This document shows, piece after piece, positions 37,120-46,300 of a DNA stretch of 46,440 nt. Below the pieces are notes generated by a model, which saw nothing but the letters and a program-made list of their open reading frames with translations, made no database searches and was not told where the DNA came from. A program made the position numbers and the translations under genes. How positions within the stretch are numbered: the stretch's first letter is position 1; the number at the start of each line of letters is the position of its first letter. The DNA lies in assembly GCA_018816385.1 (NCBI GenBank), contig JAHIVK010000041.1, positions 1 through 46,440 on the forward strand. Reading direction: 5' to 3'. This DNA is from Patescibacteria group bacterium. Lineage in GTDB: Bacteria; Patescibacteriota; Microgenomatia; UBA1400; PJMF01.

Positions 37120-38067
37120 ATGAAAATCAAACTGACCAAGTGGCAAAAATTTTCCTTCTGGCTGATACTGGCCACCATCATTGGTTTGGTCTTCAAATCC
37201 CTAACTCCCCAGTCAACCCCCGAGTCAAACCCTCAACTGGCTAGCGTGGGCGGGGTCCAAACTCAAGTCAAGCAACTGAGTTATCAAGGACTTGAGCCAA
37301 CTATTCCAGAAAAATTAAGCGCTGGCCAAGCCACTCTCATTAAGACTGATGGATTGTTGGCTATGCTTTTAGATAAGTTTAGTTTGTCTGTTAATTTAGA
37401 CAGCCCCAATCTTTGGGTGGGAGACGAGTACTCACTCTTTTTTGACAAAGTCCAAAGTATCTATGGCTTGAGCTTAAACTTGCCTCAGCCTGTTTCTGCT
37501 CAACTCAATTCAGCCGAGTTATCCAGTCAAGCTGAACAGTTAGTAAGTCAGCTTTTACCTCAAACAAACTTGGTGATTGATCAAACAAAAACCAGATACT
37601 TAACTGGTCAATATCAACAAAAAGAAGTGGCTGAAAGTTTGGCTGAATATATGGAGTTGTCCTTCTTTCAAAAGTTTCAAGATTTCCCTGTCTACAACCA
37701 AGCCTCTCTTCGCCCCTCAGTCTTAGTATTAATGGATGCCAATGGCCAAATCACTAAATTGGAGGTGTCAACCCAACTATTTACTATTGCCCCGCCCAGC
37801 GATCAAACGCCAATTAGCCTTGATCGGGCTCAAGCCAATATTGAGCAAGGCAATGCCAGTTTGCTTGACCTGGAAACAAACAGTCTACAAACTATTGATC
37901 GATCCAAGTTTGCGTCAGGCCAACTCTACGAAGTTCAAATTGAGTACAGGGTGGACAAACAACTGTTAGTCAAACCCTTTTATCGATTTTCCGGCAATTT
38001 AGTGACCACGGGTGGTCAAACAGTTCAAGCTGAAATTATTACTCCCTCTACCCTGGATTCCCCCTAG
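37120..38067 (+). CDS. Hypothetical membrane-anchored extracellular protein
   Basis: N-terminal TM; 2 nt after the M23 gene; the last codons and stop lie in a family B repeat. Confidence 0.75.
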   Translation: MKIKLTKWQKFSFWLILATIIGLVFKSLTPQSTPESNPQLASVGGVQTQVKQLSYQGLEPTIPEKLSAGQATLIKTDGLLAMLLDKFSLSVNLDSPNLWVGDEYSLFFDKVQSIYGLSLNLPQPVSAQLNSAELSSQAEQLVSQLLPQTNLVIDQTKTRYLTGQYQQKEVAESLAEYMELSFFQKFQDFPVYNQASLRPSVLVLMDANGQITKLEVSTQLFTIAPPSDQTPISLDRAQANIEQGNASLLDLETNSLQTIDRSKFASGQLYEVQIEYRVDKQLLVKPFYRFSGNLVTTGGQTVQAEIITPSTLDSP

Positions 38068-38137
38068 CGCGGGAATGACAAGTGGCGCGGGAAAGACATG
38101 GACACTGTCATTCTTCGACCGCAGGGAGGAGAATCCA
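38053..38137. repeat. Family B cluster
   Basis: CTGGATTCCCCCTAGCGCGGGAATGAC ... TGTCATTCTTCGACCGCAGGGAGGAGAATCCA. Confidence 0.82.
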
Positions 38138-38156
38138 TTAAATTCCTGTGTGTTTT

Positions 38157-38259
38157 AAATGCATCAAACTTCTTGAGAAATAATGGAAACGATAAAATGG
38201 CAATTGTCCTAGGATGACATAAGTTTAAGTTTTTATTTCGAAAGAAGTTTGATGCATTT
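38157..38259. repeat. Divergent family A-like palindrome (103 bp)
   Basis: Arms AAATGCATCAAACTTCTTGAGAAATAA / TTATTTCGAAAGAAGTTTGATGCATTT (25/27 inverted match). Confidence 0.78.
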
Positions 38260-38400
38260 CATAGACAAACGCTTTCCACAGTGTTTAAATAATTGACGAT
38301 TTGGTCTGTCGATCAGGTAATAAAATCTGCTAGAATGAGTTTGTCATTAAGCTTGCAGTAAAGTTCAACAGCTTTGCTGTGGATTATATGTAGACTGCCC

Positions 38401-39540
38401 ATGAGAGAACATCCCATTCCCCAAGACATCACTGGTTACCGCTTCCATATTGTGGGTAATATGACCCTCAAGCAATTTGCTGAGGTCGGCGCGGGTTGTA
38501 TCGTGGCCATTATCTTATATAAGACTGGACTACCGGATTTCATCAAGTGGCCAATGGTGGTTTTTTCCTTTGGTTTAGGAGCACTGGCAGCTTTTGTACC
38601 CATCGAAGAAAGACCAATTGACCATTGGATTGCAACGTTCATCAGCATTATGTATAAACCTACTCAGTATTTTTGGAAAAGAATACCATTTATTCCCTCA
38701 GCTTTTGCTTATCAAACCGAAACTGTAACTCAACCACTGCCCGCCGAAGTTGACCTGTCTCCAGCGCGTCGCCATCGGGTCAAAGAGTTTATGGCTTCAA
38801 TTCAAGCCGTTGGTTTCAATCGATACGACCTTGACCAATCAGAAAAAGCCCAAATTGGCGCCATATTAAATTTATTTGGTCAAACCCAAGTGGTTGTTAA
38901 CCAGACTAAACCCAAGGTGGTGAAACCTCAGCTTGACGTCAGAGTCCGAAAACTGGGCAAGCTTGATCGATCGCGCCATAGTTCGGACAAAATGTTTGAG
39001 GCCGCCATCATTATGGATCAATCCGACAAAAAGCGCCAAGCCAAACCCAAAAAAGCCGGCATGACCACTAGCCAAATTGCCAAGCAAATTACCATCCCAA
39101 TCACCCCCAATCTTGATATTGAAGCCGAACCGATCAGTGATGAAGAGCTAGCCATCTCTCATCGTCAAGCGGATGATGGAGACAGAGCTTACATTCAAAA
39201 TCAACCTCAAGATCAACTTGATACCAATCAAGCCAAGTCGGCTCTTTTCAATGCCAGCCTACCATTTCCCACCGCCCCCACCGAACCCAACAAATTGGTT
39301 GGCATGGTGCTGACTCCTCGCAACGAATTAATTCCTGGAGCGATTATTGAAGTTAAAACTTTAGATGGCCATACGACTCGAGCAGTTAAATCAAACGCCT
39401 TGGGCCAATTCTACGTGACCACCCCATTGAAAAATGGTCAATACGTAGTGGAAATTGAAAAAGATGGCTTTAAATTTGAACCGCAGAAACTTGAAGTGGC
39501 GGGTAAAAATCTTCAACCAATGGAGGTGAGAAGTGTTTAA
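38401..39540 (+). CDS. PrgI-family (VirB3-like) protein with a C-terminal carboxypeptidase-regulatory-like beta domain
   Basis: HPIPQDI..Y.F.IVGNMTLKQF, two TM helices, AFVPIEERPIDHW; C-terminal GMV...IPGAIIEV...SNALGQF. Confidence 0.85.
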   Translation: MREHPIPQDITGYRFHIVGNMTLKQFAEVGAGCIVAIILYKTGLPDFIKWPMVVFSFGLGALAAFVPIEERPIDHWIATFISIMYKPTQYFWKRIPFIPSAFAYQTETVTQPLPAEVDLSPARRHRVKEFMASIQAVGFNRYDLDQSEKAQIGAILNLFGQTQVVVNQTKPKVVKPQLDVRVRKLGKLDRSRHSSDKMFEAAIIMDQSDKKRQAKPKKAGMTTSQIAKQITIPITPNLDIEAEPISDEELAISHRQADDGDRAYIQNQPQDQLDTNQAKSALFNASLPFPTAPTEPNKLVGMVLTPRNELIPGAIIEVKTLDGHTTRAVKSNALGQFYVTTPLKNGQYVVEIEKDGFKFEPQKLEVAGKNLQPMEVRSV

Positions 39541-39621
39541 TCTTCGTCTCAATTGCGCCAACCCAGCTCCAATTGCGCTACCCCTGTCAACTCAGGTAAG
39601 ATGGAATGGATTGATCGCAAC

Positions 39622-40983
39622 ATGAAAAACACCACATCAGACTCCACCACTCAGCAATTTTTAGATATCTACAACATCACTAATGACATCGTGATTATGA
39701 AAGATGGTTCGGTGTCCATGTTGTTGACAGTTGATGCCATGAATTTTGGTTTACTGGCCGAAGAGGAACAAGACGCCGTCATGTATGCTTACGCCGGACT
39801 TTTAAACTCCCTAAATTATCCAATTCAAGTGGTGATTAGTTCTCACACCAAAGACGTGACTAAGTACTTAGATTTGCTCAAATCTCAAGAGGAGCAAACT
39901 AGTAATCAGTTAATGAGGCAGAGGATCAAAACCTATCGTCAATTTGTGGCCAATTTAATTAAAGAGCGCAACGTGTTGGACAAAAAGTTTTATGTGGCCA
40001 TTCCGGCCAGTGGGCTAGAACTAGGGTTTATTTCTGCTAAATCATTTGTGCCTGGTCAACAAGGCGGATTTGATATTGGCACTATTGAAACAAATGTGAT
40101 CGTCGAAAAAGCTCACAACCTGCTGGAGCCCAGGCGAGATCACCTCATCACTCAATTTGCCAGAATCGGTCTTTATGCCAAGCAACTCACCACTCAAGAA
40201 ATTATTCAGCTGTTTTACATCAGCTACAATCCAGAAGCCGCCGAAGGTCAACTAATTGCCGATAGTAATAATTACACTAGTCCTTTAGTAACTGCTAGTA
40301 TAGAGAAAGATTTTATGCTCAATGCCACCCCCTCTTCCCAAGGTACAAATGTTGGAACCGGATCCAGTCCTACGCCTGCGACTATTGATCAGACACAGGA
40401 GGTTGTCGATCAAACACCCGCTTCAACCCCGCCCAGCCCTATCCCAACTCCATCGATTGAGACTCCCACCGCCGATCTCCCAACTGCCAATCCTTTTTCT
40501 CAACCCCCAACTTCCTCAATTCCAGTTGGTTCAACTCCTCAGGATGCAGGCTTAGATTTGCCACCCCAAGCCATGCCACCTGCTCCCCAATTACCAACTA
40601 CTCCCACACCTCCAGCGGAAATGAGCAGTCCAATTGCGCCTCCAACGCCCATGTCTCCAGATTTCCCAATCAGCGCGCCCGATCCACTCGTGACCACGCC
40701 GTTACCCGCAACCCCCACTCCACCACCAATCACGGACGCTGGTGTCCAAGCAGAAATTAACCAAGTGGTTGACCAATTTAATGTGGCTCCGGATGTGACG
40801 ATACCCACTGCCCCATCAGAATCAAGCAACCAATCAGAACCAATCAATGTGGCAGAAGTTCCCGCTGTAGACAGTCAGATTGCCGACCAAAAAATTGGAC
40901 AGGTCAGTGCTCAACCGCCAGTAGTAGAAAAACCGGCATCAGGAATGGCGCAAAGCACTCCGCCACCCATTCCCGAGCTCTAA
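39622..40983 (+). CDS. VirB4/TraC-associated protein with a long Pro/Thr-rich tail
   Basis: STTQQFLDI..I..DIVIMKDG, AMNFGLLAEEEQDAVMYAYAGLLNSLNYPIQV; between prgI and virB4; start inferred. Confidence 0.72.
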   Translation: MKNTTSDSTTQQFLDIYNITNDIVIMKDGSVSMLLTVDAMNFGLLAEEEQDAVMYAYAGLLNSLNYPIQVVISSHTKDVTKYLDLLKSQEEQTSNQLMRQRIKTYRQFVANLIKERNVLDKKFYVAIPASGLELGFISAKSFVPGQQGGFDIGTIETNVIVEKAHNLLEPRRDHLITQFARIGLYAKQLTTQEIIQLFYISYNPEAAEGQLIADSNNYTSPLVTASIEKDFMLNATPSSQGTNVGTGSSPTPATIDQTQEVVDQTPASTPPSPIPTPSIETPTADLPTANPFSQPPTSSIPVGSTPQDAGLDLPPQAMPPAPQLPTTPTPPAEMSSPIAPPTPMSPDFPISAPDPLVTTPLPATPTPPPITDAGVQAEINQVVDQFNVAPDVTIPTAPSESSNQSEPINVAEVPAVDSQIADQKIGQVSAQPPVVEKPASGMAQSTPPPIPEL

Positions 40984-40998
40984 ACACATAACGTAGCC

Positions 40999-43053
40999 AT
41001 GCCCAACTTACTTAATAAGCTACCATTTTTCCCCAAAAAACCTGACCCAACTCAGGTGACTCCGGAAGAACTTAGGCAACAAAAAGAGCTGGAGAAGGTT
41101 AAGGAATTTTCTAGGGGCTTGGTCACCATTCAAGACATTATCGCCCCCGAAGCTATTGAAGTTGATTTTACTTTTCAGAAAATTAATTCAACTTATACTC
41201 GAACTCTATTTGTGGCCGGTTACCCCAGAAGTGTGCCGGCTAACTGGCTGTCACCCCTGATCAACTTCCCCCATCAGGTCTCGATCGCCATGTTCATGTA
41301 CCCAACCGATTCAACAGAAATTCTCAACAACCTCAAGCGCAAAATTACCGAGATGGAGGCCGAAATTCAGTCCGATTTAAGGGCGGGCAAAATCAGCAAT
41401 ATCAACACCGAGGTCAAATTGGAAGATGCCCGCTACATCAGAGAGGATTTGGCCAAAGGTGCGGAGCGCTTTTTCCAGTTTGGGCTATACATAACTATTC
41501 AGGCCAAAGATAAGGACGAGCTAGACAAGGTCACTCAAGCCATTCAATCAAGTTTGGGAGCGCTCCTGATTGTTTCCAAAAAAGCCACTCTCCAAATGGA
41601 TGAGGGCTTCAAAACCACCCTGCCCATGGGTATCGACAAACTCTTGATCACTCGCAACATGGACACCACCAGTTTGGCCACCACTTTTCCTTTTACTTCT
41701 TCCGAACTGACCATGGAGTCGGGCATTATGTATGGCATCAACGAACATAATGACTCATTGGTAATTTTTGATCGCTTTAAGATGGAAAACGCCAACATGG
41801 TCATTTTTGCCAAATCTGGAGCCGGTAAATCCTATGCTGTGAAATTGGAAATTCTCCGCCAACTCATGTTTGGTGTAGAAATTATTGTCATGGATGCTGA
41901 ACGCGAGTATGAAGAATTAACCAAAGCTGTGGGTGGTCAATACATTAACTTCACTTTTGGTTCGGATGCCAAAATCAATCCTTTTGATTTATCAACAGTT
42001 TACGAAGAGGGAGAAAATGAGTTGGGTCAAAAAATCATCTCCATTCATGGCTTATTAAAAGTCATGTTGGGTCAGATGACTCCCCAACAAGAAGCTATGC
42101 TGGATCGATCTTTGGTAGCCACGTATAAGGCCAAAGGCATTACGCCCGACCCCGCCAGCCAAACTAATATCGCCCCTCTAATGGAAGATTTGTATAAAGC
42201 TTTAATTGGTATGGAAAATGATGAAGCAGATGATGTGGCCGCTCGACTAGAAAAATTCATTACTGGCTCGTTTAGAGGCATCTTTGATCAAGCCTCAAAC
42301 ATCAATATTCAAAGTCAACTAACCATTTTTTCTGTTAAAGAAATGGAAGAAGGCATGCGACCCATTGCTATGTATGTAATTCTGGATTTCATTTGGACTA
42401 GAATTAAAAAGGATTTAAAGAAGCGAATTTTGGTCATTGATGAGGCGTGGTACTTTATGAAGCACCCCGATTCGGCATCCTTTATTCACTCTATGGTCAA
42501 GAGAGCTCGTAAATACTTTTTAGGCATTACCACTATCACTCAAGACGTGGAAGATTTCCTTCACAACGACTACGGCAAAGCCATTGTTACCAACTCCTCA
42601 ATCCAACTATTAATGAAACAATCAACTGCCTCAATTCCAGTTTTGGCCGAAACATTTTATTTGTCTCAAGGAGAGCGTCAGTTATTAGTCACTTCTGATA
42701 TTGGCGAGGGCATCTTTTTTGCTGGCCAAAATCACGTAGCCCTCAGAGTGGTGGCTAGTGACGAAGAACACCAATTGATTACCACCGATCCAGAAGAATT
42801 AGTTAGGCGCAAACAAGAGCAACAAGCAGAATTAGAGCTGGTTCAACCAATTGCTCCCCCGATCATGCCTCCAACCAATTTGCCCGAATCGCCAGAGTCG
42901 CCCAATTCGCCCGAATCGCCCATAGAAACTGATGACCCACCAGCCGATCAAAGCCACAATCAAAGCTCGGGTTTAGATCTCGATGCCCAACCCGCTCGCT
43001 ATATAAATTCAGCCACTATTGACGACTACCAACCACCCTCGGGTCAAAAATGA
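40999..43053 (+). CDS. virB4: VirB4-like T4SS ATPase
   Basis: TFPFTS, NANMVIFAKSGAGKS (Walker A), INPFD, LVIDEAW (Walker B), KRARKY, ITQDVEDF. Confidence 0.9.
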   Translation: MPNLLNKLPFFPKKPDPTQVTPEELRQQKELEKVKEFSRGLVTIQDIIAPEAIEVDFTFQKINSTYTRTLFVAGYPRSVPANWLSPLINFPHQVSIAMFMYPTDSTEILNNLKRKITEMEAEIQSDLRAGKISNINTEVKLEDARYIREDLAKGAERFFQFGLYITIQAKDKDELDKVTQAIQSSLGALLIVSKKATLQMDEGFKTTLPMGIDKLLITRNMDTTSLATTFPFTSSELTMESGIMYGINEHNDSLVIFDRFKMENANMVIFAKSGAGKSYAVKLEILRQLMFGVEIIVMDAEREYEELTKAVGGQYINFTFGSDAKINPFDLSTVYEEGENELGQKIISIHGLLKVMLGQMTPQQEAMLDRSLVATYKAKGITPDPASQTNIAPLMEDLYKALIGMENDEADDVAARLEKFITGSFRGIFDQASNINIQSQLTIFSVKEMEEGMRPIAMYVILDFIWTRIKKDLKKRILVIDEAWYFMKHPDSASFIHSMVKRARKYFLGITTITQDVEDFLHNDYGKAIVTNSSIQLLMKQSTASIPVLAETFYLSQGERQLLVTSDIGEGIFFAGQNHVALRVVASDEEHQLITTDPEELVRRKQEQQAELELVQPIAPPIMPPTNLPESPESPNSPESPIETDDPPADQSHNQSSGLDLDAQPARYINSATIDDYQPPSGQK

Positions 43054-43091
43054 CTTGAGGTGAGTTTGGCTGAATCGGTCAAAACTGCCCC

Positions 43092-43121
43092 TTGCCAAGT
43101 GTGAAAAAGTCTGTGTATAAC
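43092..43121 (+). promoter_or_regulatory. dnaA promoter overlapped by two DnaA boxes
   Basis: TTGCCA-18 bp-TATAAC; TGTGAAAAA (43100-43108) and TGTGTATAA (43112-43120) match TTWTNCACA on the minus strand. Confidence 0.75.
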
Positions 43122-43131
43122 TTAGGCACAT

Positions 43132-43215
43132 TGTCATCCTCGCGCAACGGGGAATGACAATTCGCCCGTCATCCTCCCCGCCCAGGCGGGGGGGGGATCC
43201 AGGGAAAGAAGTCTA
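43132..43215. repeat. Family B hairpins plus a family A end remnant in the dnaA leader
   Basis: TGTCATCCTCGCGCAACGGGGAATGACA; CGTCATCCTCCCCGCCCAGGCGGGGGGGGATCCAG; then GAAGTCTA 2 nt before the ATG. Confidence 0.82.
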
Positions 43216-43217
43216 TT

Positions 43218-44720
43218 ATGCAAACATTCGACCAAGTAGAACTCAGTCAAATTTGGAAAAAAACCTGTCAAAAACTGAGGCAGGAGTTGTCGCCAGCAGT
43301 TTATAACACCTGGATTGTGGCTAACCCGGCTAGCCAAATTGTGATGACCAACCCAGACTCTGCCCAAGTCACTATCTCTAGTCCCACGGCATTTCACTCT
43401 ACCAATTTAAAGAAGAACCTTCATCCCACGTTGGTAGTAGCCCTCGAATCAGTTTTGCAAGCTAAAGTTGAAGTTGAGTATCAGGTGGGTCAGCGACTTA
43501 AGCCAGTTTTGGGCGACCAAGCACAAAGCCAAAACTTAGAACCCAAAGATTTAAACCAAGAAAATTACTTTGCCTCAAACCATAGTCCCAGAGAATCGTT
43601 TAGTCCTGGCCAATCGCCTAGAGCAGAAGATCTTTTTTCCCAACAAACCATCCAATCAACCAGGGAAGACAGGATTAGGGCCAAAGCCCAAAGCATTGGT
43701 TTAAAAACCGATTATATTTTTGAAAGTTTTGCAGTTTCCACCAGCAACGAAATGGCTCACGCGGCGGCAGTGGCCGTCTCCAACAATCCAGCCACTTCAT
43801 ACAACCCCCTCTTCTTCTATGGGGGCGTGGGGGTGGGTAAAACCCACCTGATGCATGCCATTGCTCACAATATTTTAAAAAGAGATTTTGACGTCAAAAT
43901 TGTCTACTGTACCGGCGAGGAGTTTACCAACGAGATAGTTCAGGCCATTCAAACCAAAAGAGCTAGTAATTTTAAACTTAAATATCGGTCGGCTCAAGTT
44001 TTGCTAATTGATGACATCCAATTTATTGCCGGCAAAAATGCGGTTCAAGAAGAATTTTTTCACACCTTCAACGCCTTGATTAAACAAAATAGCCAAGTTG
44101 TTTTAACATCCGATCGTCCGCCTCAAGAAATTTCCCTGCTGGAAAGTCGCTTGAGAAGTCGGTTTGAGGCGGGGTTGATGGTTGATATTCAACAACCTTC
44201 TTTTGAACTCAGAACGGCTATTTTGTTGGTCAAATCTCAGGCCGCCAACCTACCCATCCCCATTGAGTTGGCCAAAATTGTCGCTTCTCGAGTTGAAAGT
44301 GCCCGCAAAATTGAGGGCATTATTACTAGTATTAGATCTGAGGTAGAACTAAAAGGTAAACAAATTACTCCAGAACTAATAGAAAAAATTTTGAGTCTTG
44401 AAACCAAGCGGGCTCGACCAGGCATTACTGCCAGTCCGGGACAAGTCATTCGAGCAGTGGCTAATCATTTTAAACTCAAACAATCCGCCCTCAGGGGTAC
44501 TAGGCGGGTCAAACACATCGTGTTTGCCCGCCATATAGCCATGTATATTCTCAAGGAAGAATTATCTTTACCTCTAGCCGAAATTGGCCGCTGGTTTTCT
44601 GATCGAGATCACACATCTATTCTCTACGCCACTCGGAAAATTAGTCAAGAAATCAGGGTTAATGACCAGATGTTTCAGGACGTTTCTGCCCTGCGCACCA
44701 CTTTGGCTTTGGTTGGGTAG
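43218..44720 (+). CDS. dnaA: Chromosomal replication initiator DnaA
   Basis: YNPLFFYGGVGVGKTHL, LLIDDIQF, QEEFFHTFN, RLRSRF, RDHTSI. Confidence 0.98.
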   Translation: MQTFDQVELSQIWKKTCQKLRQELSPAVYNTWIVANPASQIVMTNPDSAQVTISSPTAFHSTNLKKNLHPTLVVALESVLQAKVEVEYQVGQRLKPVLGDQAQSQNLEPKDLNQENYFASNHSPRESFSPGQSPRAEDLFSQQTIQSTREDRIRAKAQSIGLKTDYIFESFAVSTSNEMAHAAAVAVSNNPATSYNPLFFYGGVGVGKTHLMHAIAHNILKRDFDVKIVYCTGEEFTNEIVQAIQTKRASNFKLKYRSAQVLLIDDIQFIAGKNAVQEEFFHTFNALIKQNSQVVLTSDRPPQEISLLESRLRSRFEAGLMVDIQQPSFELRTAILLVKSQAANLPIPIELAKIVASRVESARKIEGIITSIRSEVELKGKQITPELIEKILSLETKRARPGITASPGQVIRAVANHFKLKQSALRGTRRVKHIVFARHIAMYILKEELSLPLAEIGRWFSDRDHTSILYATRKISQEIRVNDQMFQDVSALRTTLALVG

Positions 44721-44975
44721 GGGTTTTCCACAAATGTGGAAAGGGCTGGGCGAAAGTTCTGGAAAAGATGTGAATAAACGTGGAAAAATATTAACAAAGA
44801 GTGGGGTTTTAAACCAAGTTTTTCCTCCCCACCCAATAAATCGGAGAATTTTCTCCACAAAAACGGACGGAGAAACTCTCACCCAATCCACATTGATCTA
44901 CTTGATAATTGGAGCCGGTTTTTCCCCGATTTACATAAGGCCTACTACTAAGACTACTAATATATATTACAATAT
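44721..44975. other. Replication origin oriC (DnaA boxes and unwinding element with DnaA-trios)
   Basis: TTTTCCACA 44724, TGTGGAAAG 44735, TGTGAATAA 44769, CGTGGAAAA 44779, TTCTCCACA 44851, CAATCCACA 44884; GGC-CTA-CTA-CTA-AGA-CTA-CTA-ATA then an AT-rich tract at 44939-44975; lies between dnaA and dnaN. Confidence 0.9.
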
Positions 44976-44979
44976 GCAC

Positions 44980-45115
44980 TAGACTCTTTGCGAAATGAGG
45001 ACAAATTTTGTTGTCATTCTCCGACCGCAGGGAGGGGAATCTAGGAGTAACCACTCGCTACTGGACCCCCACCGCCTGGGCGGGGAGGATGACGGATGAA
45101 ATCGCGAGGATGACA
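44980..45115. repeat. Family A end followed by a family B cluster upstream of dnaN
   Basis: TAGACTCTTTGCGAAATGAG (44980); TGTCATTCTCCGACCGCAGGGAGGGGAATCTAG; CTGGACCCCCACCGCCTGGGCGGGGAGGATGAC. Confidence 0.82.
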
Positions 45116-45154
45116 CACTCAGAAGTAATCATTAATAAGAAACTTTAAAGAGCC

Positions 45155-46264
45155 ATGAAAGCTAAACTTAAAAAATCCGATTTGTTAGTTGCTGTTAAAG
45201 TTGTCAGTAAAGCTATAACTAGCAGAGCTCAACTACCAATCCTATCATCGATCAAGATTGAAGTTAATAAAGAAGGTTGCTTTTTAGCCGCTACCGATTT
45301 GTATCTAGGCATTGAGATGAAGATTCCTGTAGTCACCAGCCAGGTTGGAATAGCCATCGTTTCTGGTAAAGAGTTCAGAGAACTTCTGAATACCGTCCAA
45401 GAGGGAGAGATTGAACTAACTCAAGAAGACAACCAACTATTGGTTAAGAGTCAAGATTTTAAAGCCAAGTTTAGCCTTTATAACAGCATTGATTATCCCG
45501 AATTTCCCCAGGTTAAGGGTAAAAATATCATTTTGCCATTAACTCAATTAGAAAAGATTGAAAAACGAGCTTTTTTTGCGGCTTCTAGCGACCAAACTAG
45601 ACCACTACTAACTGGTGTTTTACTCATCAAGAGTAAGGAATCTTGGGAAGCTGTCACCACCGATGGTTTTAGATTAACCAAAACAGAGCTGGTCGACTTA
45701 GATGTGGGCGAGGGAGTTGAATCACTACTTGTTCCCGCTCAATCACTCAAGGAAGTTATTAGTATCGCGCGAGACGAAAAGGTCGAGAGAATTAAAGTTA
45801 CTATCTCGGCCCAAAATCAACAATTACTGTTCCAGATCGGTGAAATCAAGGTCTACGTCAGGCTGTTGGAGGGCGAGTATCCACCTTACCAAAAAATTAT
45901 CCCATCCTCTTTTAGTTTGAGAGCCGAGGTAGATAGAGAACAATTATTAAACCACGTTAAAAGAGCTTTAATTTTTTGTCAAAATACTTCAAACATTGTG
46001 CGTTTTTCTCTGAACAAGACTCTAGAAGTGTCTGCTGTTTCTAGTACCCTAGGTACTTATCAAGGAGAAGTCGAACTAGAAAAAATGGAGGGCGAAAGCA
46101 ACAATGTGGCTTTTAATGGTCGATACTTACTTGATTATTTAAGTAGTTCAGACCAAACAGGGGTTATATTTATGATGGTTGAGCCACTTAAGCCCGTGGT
46201 TTTTTGCTGGCCAGATAATCCTAAATCGATTTATGTAGTCATGCCCTTCAGGGTTAATAATTAG
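45155..46264 (+). CDS. dnaN: DNA polymerase III beta sliding clamp
   Basis: LPILSSI, ATDL, RPLLTGV, TTDGFRL, RLLEGEYPPYQKIIP, AFNGRYL, YVVMP. Confidence 0.97.
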   Translation: MKAKLKKSDLLVAVKVVSKAITSRAQLPILSSIKIEVNKEGCFLAATDLYLGIEMKIPVVTSQVGIAIVSGKEFRELLNTVQEGEIELTQEDNQLLVKSQDFKAKFSLYNSIDYPEFPQVKGKNIILPLTQLEKIEKRAFFAASSDQTRPLLTGVLLIKSKESWEAVTTDGFRLTKTELVDLDVGEGVESLLVPAQSLKEVISIARDEKVERIKVTISAQNQQLLFQIGEIKVYVRLLEGEYPPYQKIIPSSFSLRAEVDREQLLNHVKRALIFCQNTSNIVRFSLNKTLEVSAVSSTLGTYQGEVELEKMEGESNNVAFNGRYLLDYLSSSDQTGVIFMMVEPLKPVVFCWPDNPKSIYVVMPFRVNN

Positions 46265-46300
46265 GCTCCTTGCTAAATAATGACATCGCTGGGAGGGGAA

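Noticed and set aside
38272..38280. DnaA box (CTTTCCACA) upstream of prgI-virB4, suggesting DnaA control
   Set aside because: Single one-mismatch box, expected by chance
42883..42921. 9-bp tandem repeat (ESP/NSP) in the virB4 tail
   Set aside because: Ordinary in-frame low-complexity tail; not a phase-variation tract
13391..43053. Integrative conjugative element or prophage
   Set aside because: No integrase, relaxase, att repeats or phage structural genes recognised
44574..45054. ORFs across the dnaA-dnaN spacer
   Set aside because: They overlap the dnaA end, DnaA boxes and repeats; oriC explains the region
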